DNA of 63,877 bases, counting the filler, from Octopus bimaculoides (Eukaryota): the NCBI RefSeq assembly GCF_001194135.2. It is 4 parts of 4 records of this genome, joined end to end, with 100 filler letters (N's around TTAATTAATTAA, not from the genome) between each part and the next. Parts side by side here need not be neighbours in the genome. Positions count along the whole stretch, not along the records: positions 26,103 to 47,125 come from NC_068985.1; positions 47,226 to 59,539 come from NC_068989.1; 2 more parts are not named here. One strand, given 5' to 3'. The translations under genes and the position numbers were made by a program. A model generated the notes under the pieces. The model made no database searches. It was not told the DNA's origin and was given only the letters and a program-made list of their open reading frames with translations. Of the stretch, positions 36,985 through 49,856 are shown one piece after another. The first letter of the stretch is position 1. The number at the start of each line of letters is the position of its first letter.

Positions 36985-38640
36985 CACAGTTATAATAGCA
37001 TTAACTGTGAGGCTAAATAGATAGTAGTTAGCCTAGGTATAGCAGACAGACTACAGATCTTGACCAAGAGAAATGCCTTTATCATTTTAAAAGACCACAA
37101 GCCGAATTTGCGTCTAACTCCAAATGCCACCTGGTCAACCCGGCCAAGTCCAAGATTGGCCAGGCGAGTAAGTATATACTGAGGAAAATTAATGATGACA
37201 TAAGAAGGCACACGAGCCTCCCTCTATGGCGCAGCACCAATGAGGTAACCTCGTGGTTTATTGCCAACCGGGACAGAGGCAAGGCTAGGTTTATGCAGTT
37301 CGACATTGTCGACTTTTATCCATCGATTTCAAAAGAGTTATTGATGAAGGCACTTTCCTTTGCTAAGGGCTTCACAGATATTAGGGATAGTGATGTTAGA
37401 GTTTTTATGCATGCCAGGAAGACGGTGCTGTTCAGCAAAGATTCGACATGCGTCAAGCAATCTGACCCCGTGGCCTCCTTTGATGAGGCTTATGGGAACA
37501 TATGACAGCGCCGATGTTTGTAATCTTATCGAACTGTACATTCTGGATATCTTAGGGAAGAGGCTTCCTTCGGTCCTCTTCGGTCTCTCGCGGAGCCAAC
37601 GGGAACACACTAGATAGACTTAGAAAGGATATGATTAGCGCCTTAGGCGCAATGGGACTCAAGATCACCATTGAGACTAATCTCACCACAGTATATTTCT
37701 TAGATGTTACTTTAGATCTGGGCTCTGGTACATACAAGCCCTATCACAAGCCAAACGAGAGACTGTCCTATATTAGCACGGCCTCTTTCCACCGCCTATA
37801 GTTTTCAAGAACCTAGTGAAAGGTGTAAGCGTCTACTTAGTTGTGCACCTAATATAAAAACATTTTAACAAGTACTCACAATACAATGGAGGAGGCAGAT
37901 TGTTTTTGCAGGATATATAGACCTGCTATCCGCATTACCAGCAATTTACCATCCAACAGCAATATTAGCAGATTAACCTGATTTCACGCCAGTACAATCG
38001 CCACACGCAGAGATGACCAGTCCGGGACCAGCGTCATAGAGAGCGTGACCGACGACCCCAGTACCACCGCCACAGATAATGAACAAACCATTATCATAGA
38101 CACGGATAGAGTGACCATCCCCGCACCATACGTTACCACAAGTACAATCACCACTCCTGGAGATGATGAGCAATCCAGGACCAGCGACACAGAGGAGATA
38201 CCGCACCCGAACTAACGCCGGCAGCTACATCGCCAACCAGTAGTGATAACCACAGCGATAATACCGCCGAATCCTTACGCCATATTGACTGCGTCAGCAA
38301 CGTCCGGATTGCGAATATAGCCACATCCCAAGTTTGTAAATATATCAGATCAGCTAGTATATCTTTCAAACGTCGCTTCTGCAACCACCAGTCATCCTTC
38401 AGAGTCCCAGAATGACGGTTTATCACGTCCCTGGCCCGCCATGTGTAGTACCTTAAAAATCAAGCGACCCCATATAATATCAGGTGGAAAATGATAGATC
38501 ATCCAGGCTCGTATATTAATGAGAGTGGCCGTTGCAAAATCTACACCGGGGACAGATCCAAAATTCTTAAGGACTATACTAAACCTAGCGCGTGAAATAG
38601 TCGTAAAGAAGTTTTTCTAAATGTGTCCTCTTCAAGCGCT
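36985..38640 (+). mobile_element. PLE (Naiad-like) RT + Thr/Asp-rich linker + GIY-YIG, decayed
   Basis: AFIILKDHKPN..CHLVNPAKSKIG..FMQFDIVDFYPSISKELL..MGTYDSADVC..FLDVTLDL..YKPYHKPN; endonuclease FKRRFCNHQSSFR..TSLARHV*YLK..YNIRWKMI. Confidence 0.9.
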
Positions 38641-38804
38641 ACCTAATAGAAAATTGAATTTTCCCGTTTGCTGGTTAGGTATTTTCAGGTCTATAAGGGT
38701 TGTTTCATTCTCTGGTTCAGGGGTGACAACCCATCCTCATTAACGTTTTTATATGTTAAGACTTAAATCGCGATTTAGTAACGCGCGCGCGCACACACAC
38801 ACAT

Positions 38805-38840
<36 letters not shown>

Positions 38841-39174
38841 ACACACACACAGATATATAGATATTTAGATATATAGATATTTAGATATATATGTTGTTGC
38901 TATTATGCAAAAGATTAGTAAGTCCAAACACGCTACTTTTTCAGAAAACGAAAAAATAGTTTCACCATTCCATAACAAAACCGTTGTACTACACTTTGAC
39001 AATTTTTGATACCTTGGCATCTGAAGCAGCTAGAGATAGTTTGACCAAAAGAACCGGCTATTGCAGGGATAAATGAATATTGAAGAAAAAAGCATTTGGC
39101 CAAATTTGGACATACGACAATTTAACATAATAGCAACGATGTACATATACATATACATACATACATATATACAT

Positions 39175-39228
<54 letters not shown>

Positions 39229-39240
39229 TAAACAGAGTTA

Positions 39241-39268
39241 GCGGTTATAATAACCGACTAAGGGTTAA
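39241..39268. mobile_element. Possible solo piggyBac-like terminus
   Basis: ..ACCGACTAAGGG followed by TTAA; no partner TTAA-CCC end found. Confidence 0.3.
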
Positions 39269-39478
39269 AATACCCGTATGTATTATCGGTATGAGGTACC
39301 CGCGTTATCACCGGGCATTGGTGTGCAGGTACACTATGCACGTAGAGTGCAGGTAACAGAAGGATAAACAAGAGTGTATCAGGAAACAAATACAACTAAT
39401 CAGAAAATGGAGAAAACCTCAGATTAACAAACACATCGATTGGACCACATTTATAGCTTTTTTTAATACAAAGCATGG

Positions 39479-40578
39479 CATAACAAATAGGTGACGTAAC
39501 AAATCTTACGGCCGTTTCCGCATCCGTTGCCAAACGCTGTCTATAAATAATTGCGAAAATAATATAAGATGGATTTTTCTTGCGTACCTGTATATATATA
39601 ATTATTATCACAATTCGCAATATATGAAGTTAAATACAAACTCATTTGCTAGCAACCTTAAAGAGTCGCTGAATTACCTGTACTATTTGTTTCCTCTTAA
39701 CTATAACCCGAGGCTACTTACTCTTTGACAGTTCTCTCATGCATGTTATAAGGTTAAGCTGCTGAAGGACATAAGTGGCCCCGCACCACTTATATCATTG
39801 TCTTCTCCCCCGGACCCTTTAATTTTTTCTTATTTATTTTTATTGACATATCCATTGTAATGGTTTTAACTTGTGACCTCGATTCAAATTATAACCGACC
39901 AATTGTAGAGACCGCTGGACTTAGACTTGCCCCATTGTGGACCATAGGTAGGATACTCGGTAATATTTCTGTGAGTACACTTACTTAAGCACCCTAGGGT
40001 TATGGTTTGGATACATTTTAACTTGAGTTTACTTCGTTAGCATAGATGCTACCCTTTGATAATCATGTTAGTAAATTTCCTTGTATTTTTTTTTGATAAC
40101 TTCTTTTCATAAATTTTAAAACATCTTGCGCACCCCCTTAAATTGAAACTACCCTTAAATAAATTTTAGTATTCCCTAGACCATTACTAGTTTACTCTTT
40201 TACCTACGGATCTCGTAGCCACAAGATGGTAGATTATTTGCTTCTTTCGGGGATCGATAAATTACGTACCAGTTGCGTACAGGGGTCGATCTAATCGACT
40301 GGCCCCCTCCCCCCAAAAAAAATTTCGGTCCTTGTGCCTAGATTAGAAACGAATTTATTGGACTCCAAGACTTATTTTCTAGGCCCTGTTTTCTTTTCTA
40401 TTCCTTCTTCCCCCTGTTTATATTGGATGCTCTTGCTTTTTACTCTGATGAAGCGCCGTGCCTTAATTCGAATGTTCTATGAAGATGAAGAATTTTATTT
40501 TCGCAATTATTTATAGACAGAGTTTGGCAACGGATGCAGAAACGGCCGTAAGATTTGTTACGTCACCTATTTGTTATG
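39479..40578. mobile_element. Unclassified ~1.1-kb element bounded by 84-bp inverted repeats; contains a SINE A fragment at ~40245-40345
   Basis: 39479-39562 vs 40495-40578, 82/84 identical; the right end is 2 bp from a gap. Confidence 0.6.
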
Positions 40579-41166
40579 TCNNNNNNNNNNNNNNNNNNNN
40601 NNNNNNNNNNNNNNNNNNNNNNNNNNNNNNNNNNNNNNNNNNNNNNNNNNNNNNNNNNNNNNNNNNNNNNNNNNNNNNNNNNNNNNNNNNNNNNNNNNNN
40701 NNNNNNNNNNNNNNNNNNNNNNNNNNNNNNNNNNNNNNNNNNNNNNNNNNNNNNNNNNNNNNNNNNNNNNNNNNNNNNNNNNNNNNNNNNNNNNNNNNNN
40801 NNNNNNNNNNNNNNNNNNNNNNNNNNNNNNNNNNNNNNNNNNNNNNNNNNNNNNNNNNNNNNNNNNNNNNNNNNNNNNNNNNNNNNNNNNNNNNNNNNNN
40901 NNNNNNNNNNNNNNNNNNNNNNNNNNNNNNNNNNNNNNNNNNNNNNNNNNNNNNNNNNNNNNNNNNNNNNNNNNNNNNNNNNNNNNNNNNNNNNNNNNNN
41001 NNNNNNNNNNNNNNNNNNNNNNNNNNNNNNNNNNNNNNNNNNNNNNNNNNNNNNNNNNNNNNNNNNNNNNNNNNNNNNNNNNNNNNNNNNNNNNNNNNNN
41101 NNNNNNNNNNNNNNNNNNNNNNNNNNNNNNNNNNNNNNNNNNNNNNNNNNNNNNNNNNNNNNNNNN

Positions 41167-41219
<53 letters not shown>

Positions 41220-42340
41220 CATATGTATATATTACTACTACAGTTATTTGGAGGCACATCATTTTGAAGAATATCTGCATATGCCTAACATGTTTGTGTA
41301 TTCATTCAACCAGGCGTCATCTTTAAACACTACCAATATTTTTACACATACAGCAAATATTTCAAAGAAATTACCATGCACATATGGAATAGCGTAACCG
41401 AGAATCGAATATTGGATTTTAAACACCGTTGATCCGGTTTCTTTCAAAAACTATATTTATTTGCAAGGCTTGGAGCGACTTTTCTTTCAGGTTGTTTAAA
41501 TTTATGTCTCTATTGATAAACACAAACTGGTCAGGACATAATTTCTATGGTCGTTGTTATTGCCAAGTTGGACTTTAAAACAATAGATTGTTTTGTGAAA
41601 GACAGTTACTGTTAAAGTGGAGATTGCAAGGGGTAAGTCATTTACAAGTGTTCAAATATTAGATGTAGCAATGTTATTATTAGAAAGGTTACTGGAAATA
41701 AAATTGCAAAATTGTACAAGAATAGCTTTCCTTTATTGTTTTTCTAAAAACTTACAGTATTTATGGAAATGGAAACACATACACTTTAAGAATCCTCAGG
41801 CTTCGGACGTTTAAACTAAACACTGGATTATATCAGAGACAATATTTTTTGTCTATTGCTACGCATGGAAACATCTCTACGTCTTGTGTATAGTATTTCT
41901 TCTGCAGATCCACTTTTATGAAGTGTCTCGTAATAATAACAATAATAATAACATTAATAAAAGTGTCTTTATATGAAAATAAGGAACTTAAGAGGCTATT
42001 CTTAAAATATCAGAGAGTCGATTCAAATTATCATTTATATAACATAGTCTTTCATGCGGGTTTCAGCAAAATTAAAATGTGTTCGTTTGTAAATTTGAAA
42101 TAACATCTAAAAAATTTACCATGCTTAATATTAGTTACAACAGTAAAGGTATTTCATCGAACAACATAAGTGACGCAAGACTATAAGTCCATCGTCCCTC
42201 TATAAATCTCCCACGCGTTAGAAAATAATTTATGCAAAAATTCCAATATACATACATACATACATACATACATACAAACATACATATGTACATACGTACG
42301 TACATATATACATACATACATATATACACACATACATACA

Positions 42341-42395
<55 letters not shown>

Positions 42396-42804
42396 NNNNN
42401 NNNNNNNNNNNNNNNNNNNNNNNNNNNNNNNNNNNNNNNNNNNNNNNNNNNNNNNNNNNNNNNNNNNNNNNNNNNNNNNNNNNNNNNNNNNNNNNNNNNN
42501 NNNNNNNNNNNNNNNNNNNNNNNNNNNNNNNNNNNNNNNNNNNNNNNNNNNNNNNNNNNNNNNNNNNNNNNNNNNNNNNNNNNNNNNNNNNNNNNNNNNN
42601 NNNNNNNNNNNNNNNNNNNNNNNNNNNNNNNNNNNNNNNNNNNNNNNNNNNNNNNNNNNNNNAACTTACACTTCGATGTCTTTACAGGGGTTCGATTCCC
42701 CGGGGTAAAGAATGACTATAAGATGTATCAAGTTGAGAAAATATGGAGGCTATTATGCGGATAAACAATTAGATATATTAAATATAACAGCTTGGGTATG
42801 AAAT

Positions 42805-42847
<43 letters not shown>

Positions 42848-43424
42848 GTATGTATATATGCAAAACAAGAGAAAGCAAAAACTAGAGACTTTCAGACGAT
42901 GAATTTTTAAGTATAAATATATAGATATTTATATTAAAAGAACCAACTTAAATAGAGTACAAACGACAGAGAAAATCGAAGGGGATGAAGAAAGTGTTAT
43001 AAGTCCAATAGCTGTATCTGGAGGCTCGGAAACCTATTATAATTTTGGTAGGTGTATTTCATCACAATATGCGGTCGTAATGGAAGCAATCAATGGGGTT
43101 CTATTGAAACAAAAGAAGTCGTTTTTGCCTATCAAATCCAGATTAGTTTTAAAAACCATAGCGATTTCCTAGAGCGCATAATAATTTTGCAATCTCATTC
43201 ATTAATTAGCATGACGCTTTTGGTGAAGATTAGGGATTTCAAAAGGATGGGTTTGGTTATCAAAGGCAGAATTTTATAACATACTGCGTGAATTAGAATG
43301 TTGTTTGTTGTCAACAGCGCTATACCATTCTATCATAAACATATATTATGTCATGAACATATTTGCTTCCATAATGGGAGGAAAACTGGATTTCGTACTT
43401 AATATAAAGGAAACTATGGAAAGC

Positions 43425-43625
43425 GGCGAGATGGCAGAAACTTTGCCATGCCGGGTAAAATGTTTAGCGGCATTTTGTCTGTTTTTATGTTCTGAGTTCA
43501 AATTCTCCGAGGTCATCGTTACCTTTCAACTATTCTGGGTCGATAAAACAAGTACCAGTTGAGCAGAGGGATCGATGTAATCGACTTATCTCCTTCCCAT
43601 GAACTTGCTGGCCTCGTGCCAAATA
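43425..43625 (+). mobile_element. SINE family A
   Basis: GGCGAGATGGCAGAA..GAGTTCAAATTCTCCGAGGTC..GGGTCGATAAAACAAGTACCAG. Confidence 0.85.
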
Positions 43626-43749
43626 GAGTTTTATGTAGCATTTCATGGAAACCGAAAACATTTTGGTTGAAATATTTAACTCAACAGATATCTTCCATAC
43701 TCAGCTATTCGCGCGCGCGTGTTTATATCTCACATATATATATATGCAT

Positions 43750-43805
<56 letters not shown>

Positions 43806-44945
43806 NNNNNNNNNNNNNNNNNNNNNNNNNNNNNNNNNNNNNNNNNNNNNNNNNNNNNNNNNNNNNNNNNNNNNNNNNNNNNNNNNNNNNNNNNNNNNNN
43901 NNNNNNNNNNNNNNNNNNNNNNNNNNNNNNNNNNNNNNNNNNNNNNNNNNNNNNNNNNNNNNNNNNNNNNNNNNNNNNNNNNNNNNNNNNNNNNNNNNNN
44001 NNNNNNNNNNNNNNNNNNNNNNNNNNNNNNNNNNNNNNNNNNNNNNNNNNNNNNNNNNNNNNNNNNNNNNNNNNNNNNNNNNNNNNNNNNNNNNNNNNNN
44101 NNNNNNNNNNNNNNNNNNNNNNNNNNNNNNNNNNNNNNNNNNNNNNNNNNNNNNNNNNNNNNNNNNNNNNNNNNNNNNNNNNNNNNNNNNNNNNNNNNNN
44201 NNNNNNNNNNNNNNNNNNNNNNNNNNNNNNNNNNNNNNNNNNNNNNNNNNNNNNNNNNNNNNNNNNNNNNNNNNNNNNNNNNNNNNNNNNNNNNNNNNNN
44301 NNNTATATATATATATATACATATATATATTTATATATATATAAATATATATATATATACATATGTATATGTATATGCACGCATACACACACAACTGCCT
44401 GTATATATTTATGTACTTATACATGGATGTATATGTGTGTGTGCGCGTGCGCGTAGGTACGTATGCGTGTTTTGGGTGTTTGTGTAGGAAACAAGTTATG
44501 TTTCAAGCATGTTATATTGAAAGCACGGTGATGTTTATGTTTGATATTTTCTATAAAGATCTGTTCATATCTACTTATCAATCCTTTACATTCAATTTGG
44601 AACAATGACGTTCTTAAATCCATTAAGCCTGATGTTTCGAGACTTCAATAATCTTGTTTTCAAAATAAACTATTGTTATAGCGTGTTATCTATACATACT
44701 GCATTACATGCCATTACAGAATTTTATTTTGAAAATAAGATTGTGAAGGTATTGAAATGTCAGACTCAAGATTTAAAACCATTATTTTCCAAAGCCAAAC
44801 CTAATGGACTAATAAGAAAATGTGAAAGACCCCTAACAAAAATGGCTAAACCAGATCTTAGTCGTCGTGTTTTGTAATAAATATGTGTGTGTGTAGAGAG
44901 AGAGAGAGGGGGAGGAGCACATACACACGCATACGCACAGACACA

Positions 44946-44983
<38 letters not shown>

Positions 44984-45706
44984 CACACACACACACATAT
45001 ATACGTAAATATCTATCTATATTATATACTTAACTTATGTATATCGTTGGAAGGGCGGAGGATGCAGTGGTCGCCTCGCTAAAGATTCTTTTATAGATAT
45101 ATGTTAAAAAATAACTCAATATATTTCAGAGTTACACGAAACAAAATCGTTGCAGAAGCGACTGCAAACATAATAGACGTAATGAGCTTTTCACCGTACT
45201 TGCAGCTTGTCAATACAACATACTCGGGTTACTTCCGACGGGAAGTATGAAGTGTACAAGAAAAAATGAATAAACCATACACTGGTTTTGCAGAGAGGTC
45301 GCTAGGCTAAATAAACATCAAACTATGCAATAAAAGCAGTTTTAGTTTAAAATCTTTATCTACATAAGATATGTAACGTATGTGTATCATTCAAAAGCCA
45401 CAGTGGTCGTCTGAGAAAAAAAGAATCTATTCAGAGACGCAGGGTATGTGTGCATGTTTGAATGGATTATGTTTATATTGGGTGAGAAGGGACATTTTGT
45501 GTGTTTGATTAAGTTAATATGAAATATATTGAATTAATCCATTATAATCATACGTGTTTGGCCTTCCTCGCAATTAATTTGTGTTATAGTTTCTAGAGAA
45601 CGAACAATACTGACATGCAGTGAATGGTCATTTCATATTAGTTGGGTCTCATTCACTTTCTGGATCATCACTCACGAAACCACTAATACTACCACTAACG
45701 GTACCA

Positions 45707-46473
45707 ATAATTATTAATTTGTGTTAATTAGTGTGCGCTGGCGTTGGGTAGCATGATTTGTGGTTTGTTTGTTGATTGGGGTGGGCGTTGAGTTAACACC
45801 ACTACCACCAACAACATAACCACCATTGTCTCTAACATTATTATCACGATCGTTAAAACAAACACTACCACCACTACAATCACCACAGTCGCCGCTACCA
45901 CCGCCGCCACCAACACCAACATCACCAACAACATGACTACAACTACCAACAAAGTCACTACCAACAATACTACCTCCCACACTACCACCACCGCCAACAA
46001 GAACAATAAGAGCAACAACAATACCATCACTAACAGAATCGCTGACACCACCTAAAGTAAAGCCGTCAGAGACCAATATAGACATAACCACTAACACCAG
46101 CACTACTATATAAACATTAGTGGTGATGTCTATATTTGTTTTATAATAACCACTGATAACACTGCCACTTCTTGCATCACCACTGACATCAATATCGATA
46201 ACATCACCGCCCCCTATCACACACTTGTCCGATTTTACTACATGCATCATCACCATCATCATCGTCGTCGTCGTCATCATCATCATCCTCATCACCATCG
46301 TACTCCTACTCATCCTTCTGCTCCTCTTCCTCATCTTCGTGGTCGTCGTGGTCATCGTCATCATCATTGTCATCATCGTCGTCTTCATCATCATCATCAT
46401 CGTCTTCATCATCATCATCATCATCGTCGTCTTCATTATCATCATCATCGTCTTCATTATCATCATCATCGTC

Positions 46474-46537
<64 letters not shown>

Positions 46538-46774
46538 CCACTAGTATCACCATCATAATCCTCCTCCTTCTTTTCTACCTCCTCATCAGTATCATCTTCG
46601 TCGTTGTCATCACCGTCATCATTATCATCATTATCATCATCATCCTCGTCGTTGTCATCAGCATCATCATCAAGATTTTCTCTAGTAACTCAACGCCCAC
46701 CCCAATCAACAAACAAACCACAAATCATGCTACCCAACGCCAGCGCACACTAATTAACACAAATTAATAATTAT
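45707..46774. repeat. Perfect 89-bp inverted repeat enclosing (ACC/AAC) and (CAT)n low-complexity DNA
   Basis: 45707-45795 is the exact reverse complement of 46686-46774. Confidence 0.95.
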
Positions 46775-47681
46775 ATAATTAACACTGGTTCTACAGAAAT
46801 ATAACAATGTAGACTTCATTCATTATATTTTAATTCGATCTAATGAGGAAACTATTACAATATTAGTCTCAAGAACGAAATGCCTGTTATGGGGAGGAGG
46901 AGGTGAGGGTGGTGTGGGTGATGAAATTCATGGTGATGATGATGGTTATATATCCATCCATTCATCCATACAGACACACATATATATGTGTGTATGTGTA
47001 AGTATATATGTATATACTAGTGTGTTCAGTTCCATTTTTCTGGTTTGTTCTACGAGACTTATAACACACACACACACACACACACGCGTGTATATGTGCG
47101 TTTTCCTATTTTTGGTGTGTATATANNNNNNNNNNNNNNNNNNNNNNNNNNNNNNNNNNNNNNNNNNNNTTAATTAATTAANNNNNNNNNNNNNNNNNNN
47201 NNNNNNNNNNNNNNNNNNNNNNNNNAATACAAGACTTAATTTATTAAACAAAGTTCAATAAATCTCATCAAATAAGCAGATTGGATGTTAAAATGGATTA
47301 TCCTTTTATTTCATATTCCCAGACAATTGTTTCTGACAAAAGAACCAAGATTTCCATAAAGAGAACATCCCAAAGGTCGAATCTGTACTCTTCAGTAGAT
47401 GAGATTTAAAGAAAAATAAACAAAAAGACATTTAAAATATACATAGAATTTTTTCTTAATTATCATTATTATTTAGGTATTTGTATATTCATTCTTCCAC
47501 TCACGATTATTTGAATCGAGACTAAAACATTAAAGGACTTGGCTGTTTAAATACCTAATATTTAATTCTTGACTTCCTCACTATGAAATCCAATATATAT
47601 CTATTTAAAAAACCTCCCTAAAGAAAATACTGATGTATGTGTATGTACATTCAGTAATACCAAATAAGGAGCTATATGTTA

Positions 47682-48305
47682 TTTCATCATCATCATGGTT
47701 TAACATCTGTTTTCCATGCTGGCATGAGTTGGACGGTTTGATTGGGGACTGGCAAGCCAGGAGGCCGCACCAGGCTCCAATCTGATCTGGCAATGTTTCT
47801 ACAGCTGGATACCCTTCCTAATGCCAACCACTCCAAGAGTGTAGTGGGTGCTTTTTATGTGCCACCAGCATGGGAGCCAGTCAGGCGGCACTGGCATAGG
47901 CCACATTTGAATGGTGTTTACATGCTGCCAGCACAGGGGCCAGTCGGGGCAGGGGGGCTGGCATCAACAACATTTGGATGGTGCCACTGGCATGGGGAGC
48001 CAGTCAAGCGGCACTGGTAACGACCCATACATCAATGGTGCTCATTACATGCCACCAGCATGGGAACCAGGAAGGCTGCACTGGCATCGGCCACAATTAC
48101 AATTTCCATTTGATTGTGATTTGATTTGATTTTGATTTTGATTTTACTTGACTTAATAAATCTTCTCAAGCATGGCATGTTGCCTGACAATTCAAAGGTA
48201 CTTTTTAAATGGGCTGGTTATGTGACACTAATGTAGGCTACAGCTGTGATCTCACTTTACTTGCCAAGTCTTTTCAATCACAGCATATCTCTAGAGGTCT
48301 CAGCA
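47682..48305 (-). mobile_element. RTE-clade LINE 3' end with minisatellite-bearing 3' UTR and (GAT)n tail
   Basis: Same family as 56640-57678 and 54720-54896; four imperfect ~60-65-bp units at 47847-48090. Confidence 0.8.
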
Positions 48306-49162
48306 TGTATTTAAAAATTTCTTAACTATCATCTATGATTTTTACTATACTTTTAAGTAAATAGGAAGTTAGAACTACCATGTGAGATTGATTAATAGTT
48401 GATGTAGATTTATTTTTAAGTATTTCATAAAAGTCAATAATAAATAGGCAATATAGGTATTAGATGTTGCATTAATTATCTAAAAACAGCTGGATAATTT
48501 TTTTTAAATGAACCTTACGAAATACATACAAACTTGAGTAAAGATGTATTTAAAGGGGACCACTTATGTGACTGTTGTAAAATGTAATAAATGTGATATT
48601 GAGCCGATTTTGTATCGAAGAAGAGTTTTAAAACAAAAATGAATATTTCCTCGATATATTTTGTTTATAGCAAAAATATTGTTTTTTCTAAAGAGGAAAT
48701 CTAAAAAACATATGGTATATATTTATAAGCAATGCAGGGGAGACAACATTTGAAAAACCTTATTTACTAGCTACATTTTACTTATAAATGCATACATACA
48801 TATACTTATATTTATACAAAAGGAGTATGATAAAGATTACTTTCAAAACACAATATGTCTATTTCATGTACTAATAATGTACTCAAGATATACATATATA
48901 TCCCAAACAACACTTATTTTACTGCTGTTGACACCACCCAGATTAAATGGTACTGCCCAGGTGTCAAAACTATAATGATATTTGTGAGGCAGCTGATGAT
49001 GGAGGTATGTTGACTTGTTGGTATGGGTGTTTTTGTATATGTGGAATAGTATAACATGTTTTTCTCATATATATATACATATATATATACACACACACAT
49101 ATATACATACACGCACACACACAAACTCATACATGTAGATATATATCCATACTGATGAATAA

Positions 49163-49206
<44 letters not shown>

Positions 49207-49856
49207 TACACACATATATACATTCAAAATAGATGTACACACACATGCAAATACATATATATAAACATATATACACATACATGCATATATACATACATTA
49301 AAACAGAAAACCTGCATACATACATATCTCCATGCATATACACATACATACACATCCAAATACAGATAAATAGATATACAAGTTAAATATATACTCATAC
49401 AGGCATATACATCTTAAATAACATATAATGCAATTAAAAATAAATTCTATAAAAATTACAAGGGGATATTAATATTCCTGTCTATGGATGTATCAAGAGA
49501 AAAATTAATAATTTCCAAATATAATAATAAAAAAACTTATATACTAAAGTATACTTACACACACACACACATATATATATATACACACATATATACATAT
49601 ACACATACAGATAACATGCACATTTATAAATATATACACACATACATATAAAAAATGAAAAAGCAAATACATAGGGTAAAAGATTCTCTCCTAACTACAC
49701 CTTTGCCTGAAAACAATATATTCTACATGTATAAATCCGGCTATATAGAAATTATAATTGTGTATTTGCCACTTGAATCTACACATACACCCCAAAAATG
49801 GGCCATATATATTCTTATGTGTGTAGGAATATACACATATATACACTATTATTATT

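Noticed and set aside
35490-38520. Selenoprotein-type Naiad (in-frame TGA at Cys positions)
   Set aside because: The recognisable Cys codons are TGT/TGC; the TGA codons seen fall at non-Cys positions in decayed frames.
40445-40480. CTGATGA hammerhead core
   Set aside because: GAAT instead of GAAA, and stems I and II do not pair.
45229-45246. TACTTCC-GACG-GGAAGTA hairpin as a Helitron 3' end or terminator
   Set aside because: No CTRR terminus downstream; a 7-bp stem is expected by chance in 64 kb.
45714-46767. 280-aa and 180-aa ORFs and the His-rich ORF
   Set aside because: They are translations of (CAT)n/(ACC)n repeats; the shared C-terminal peptide comes from the 89-bp inverted duplication.
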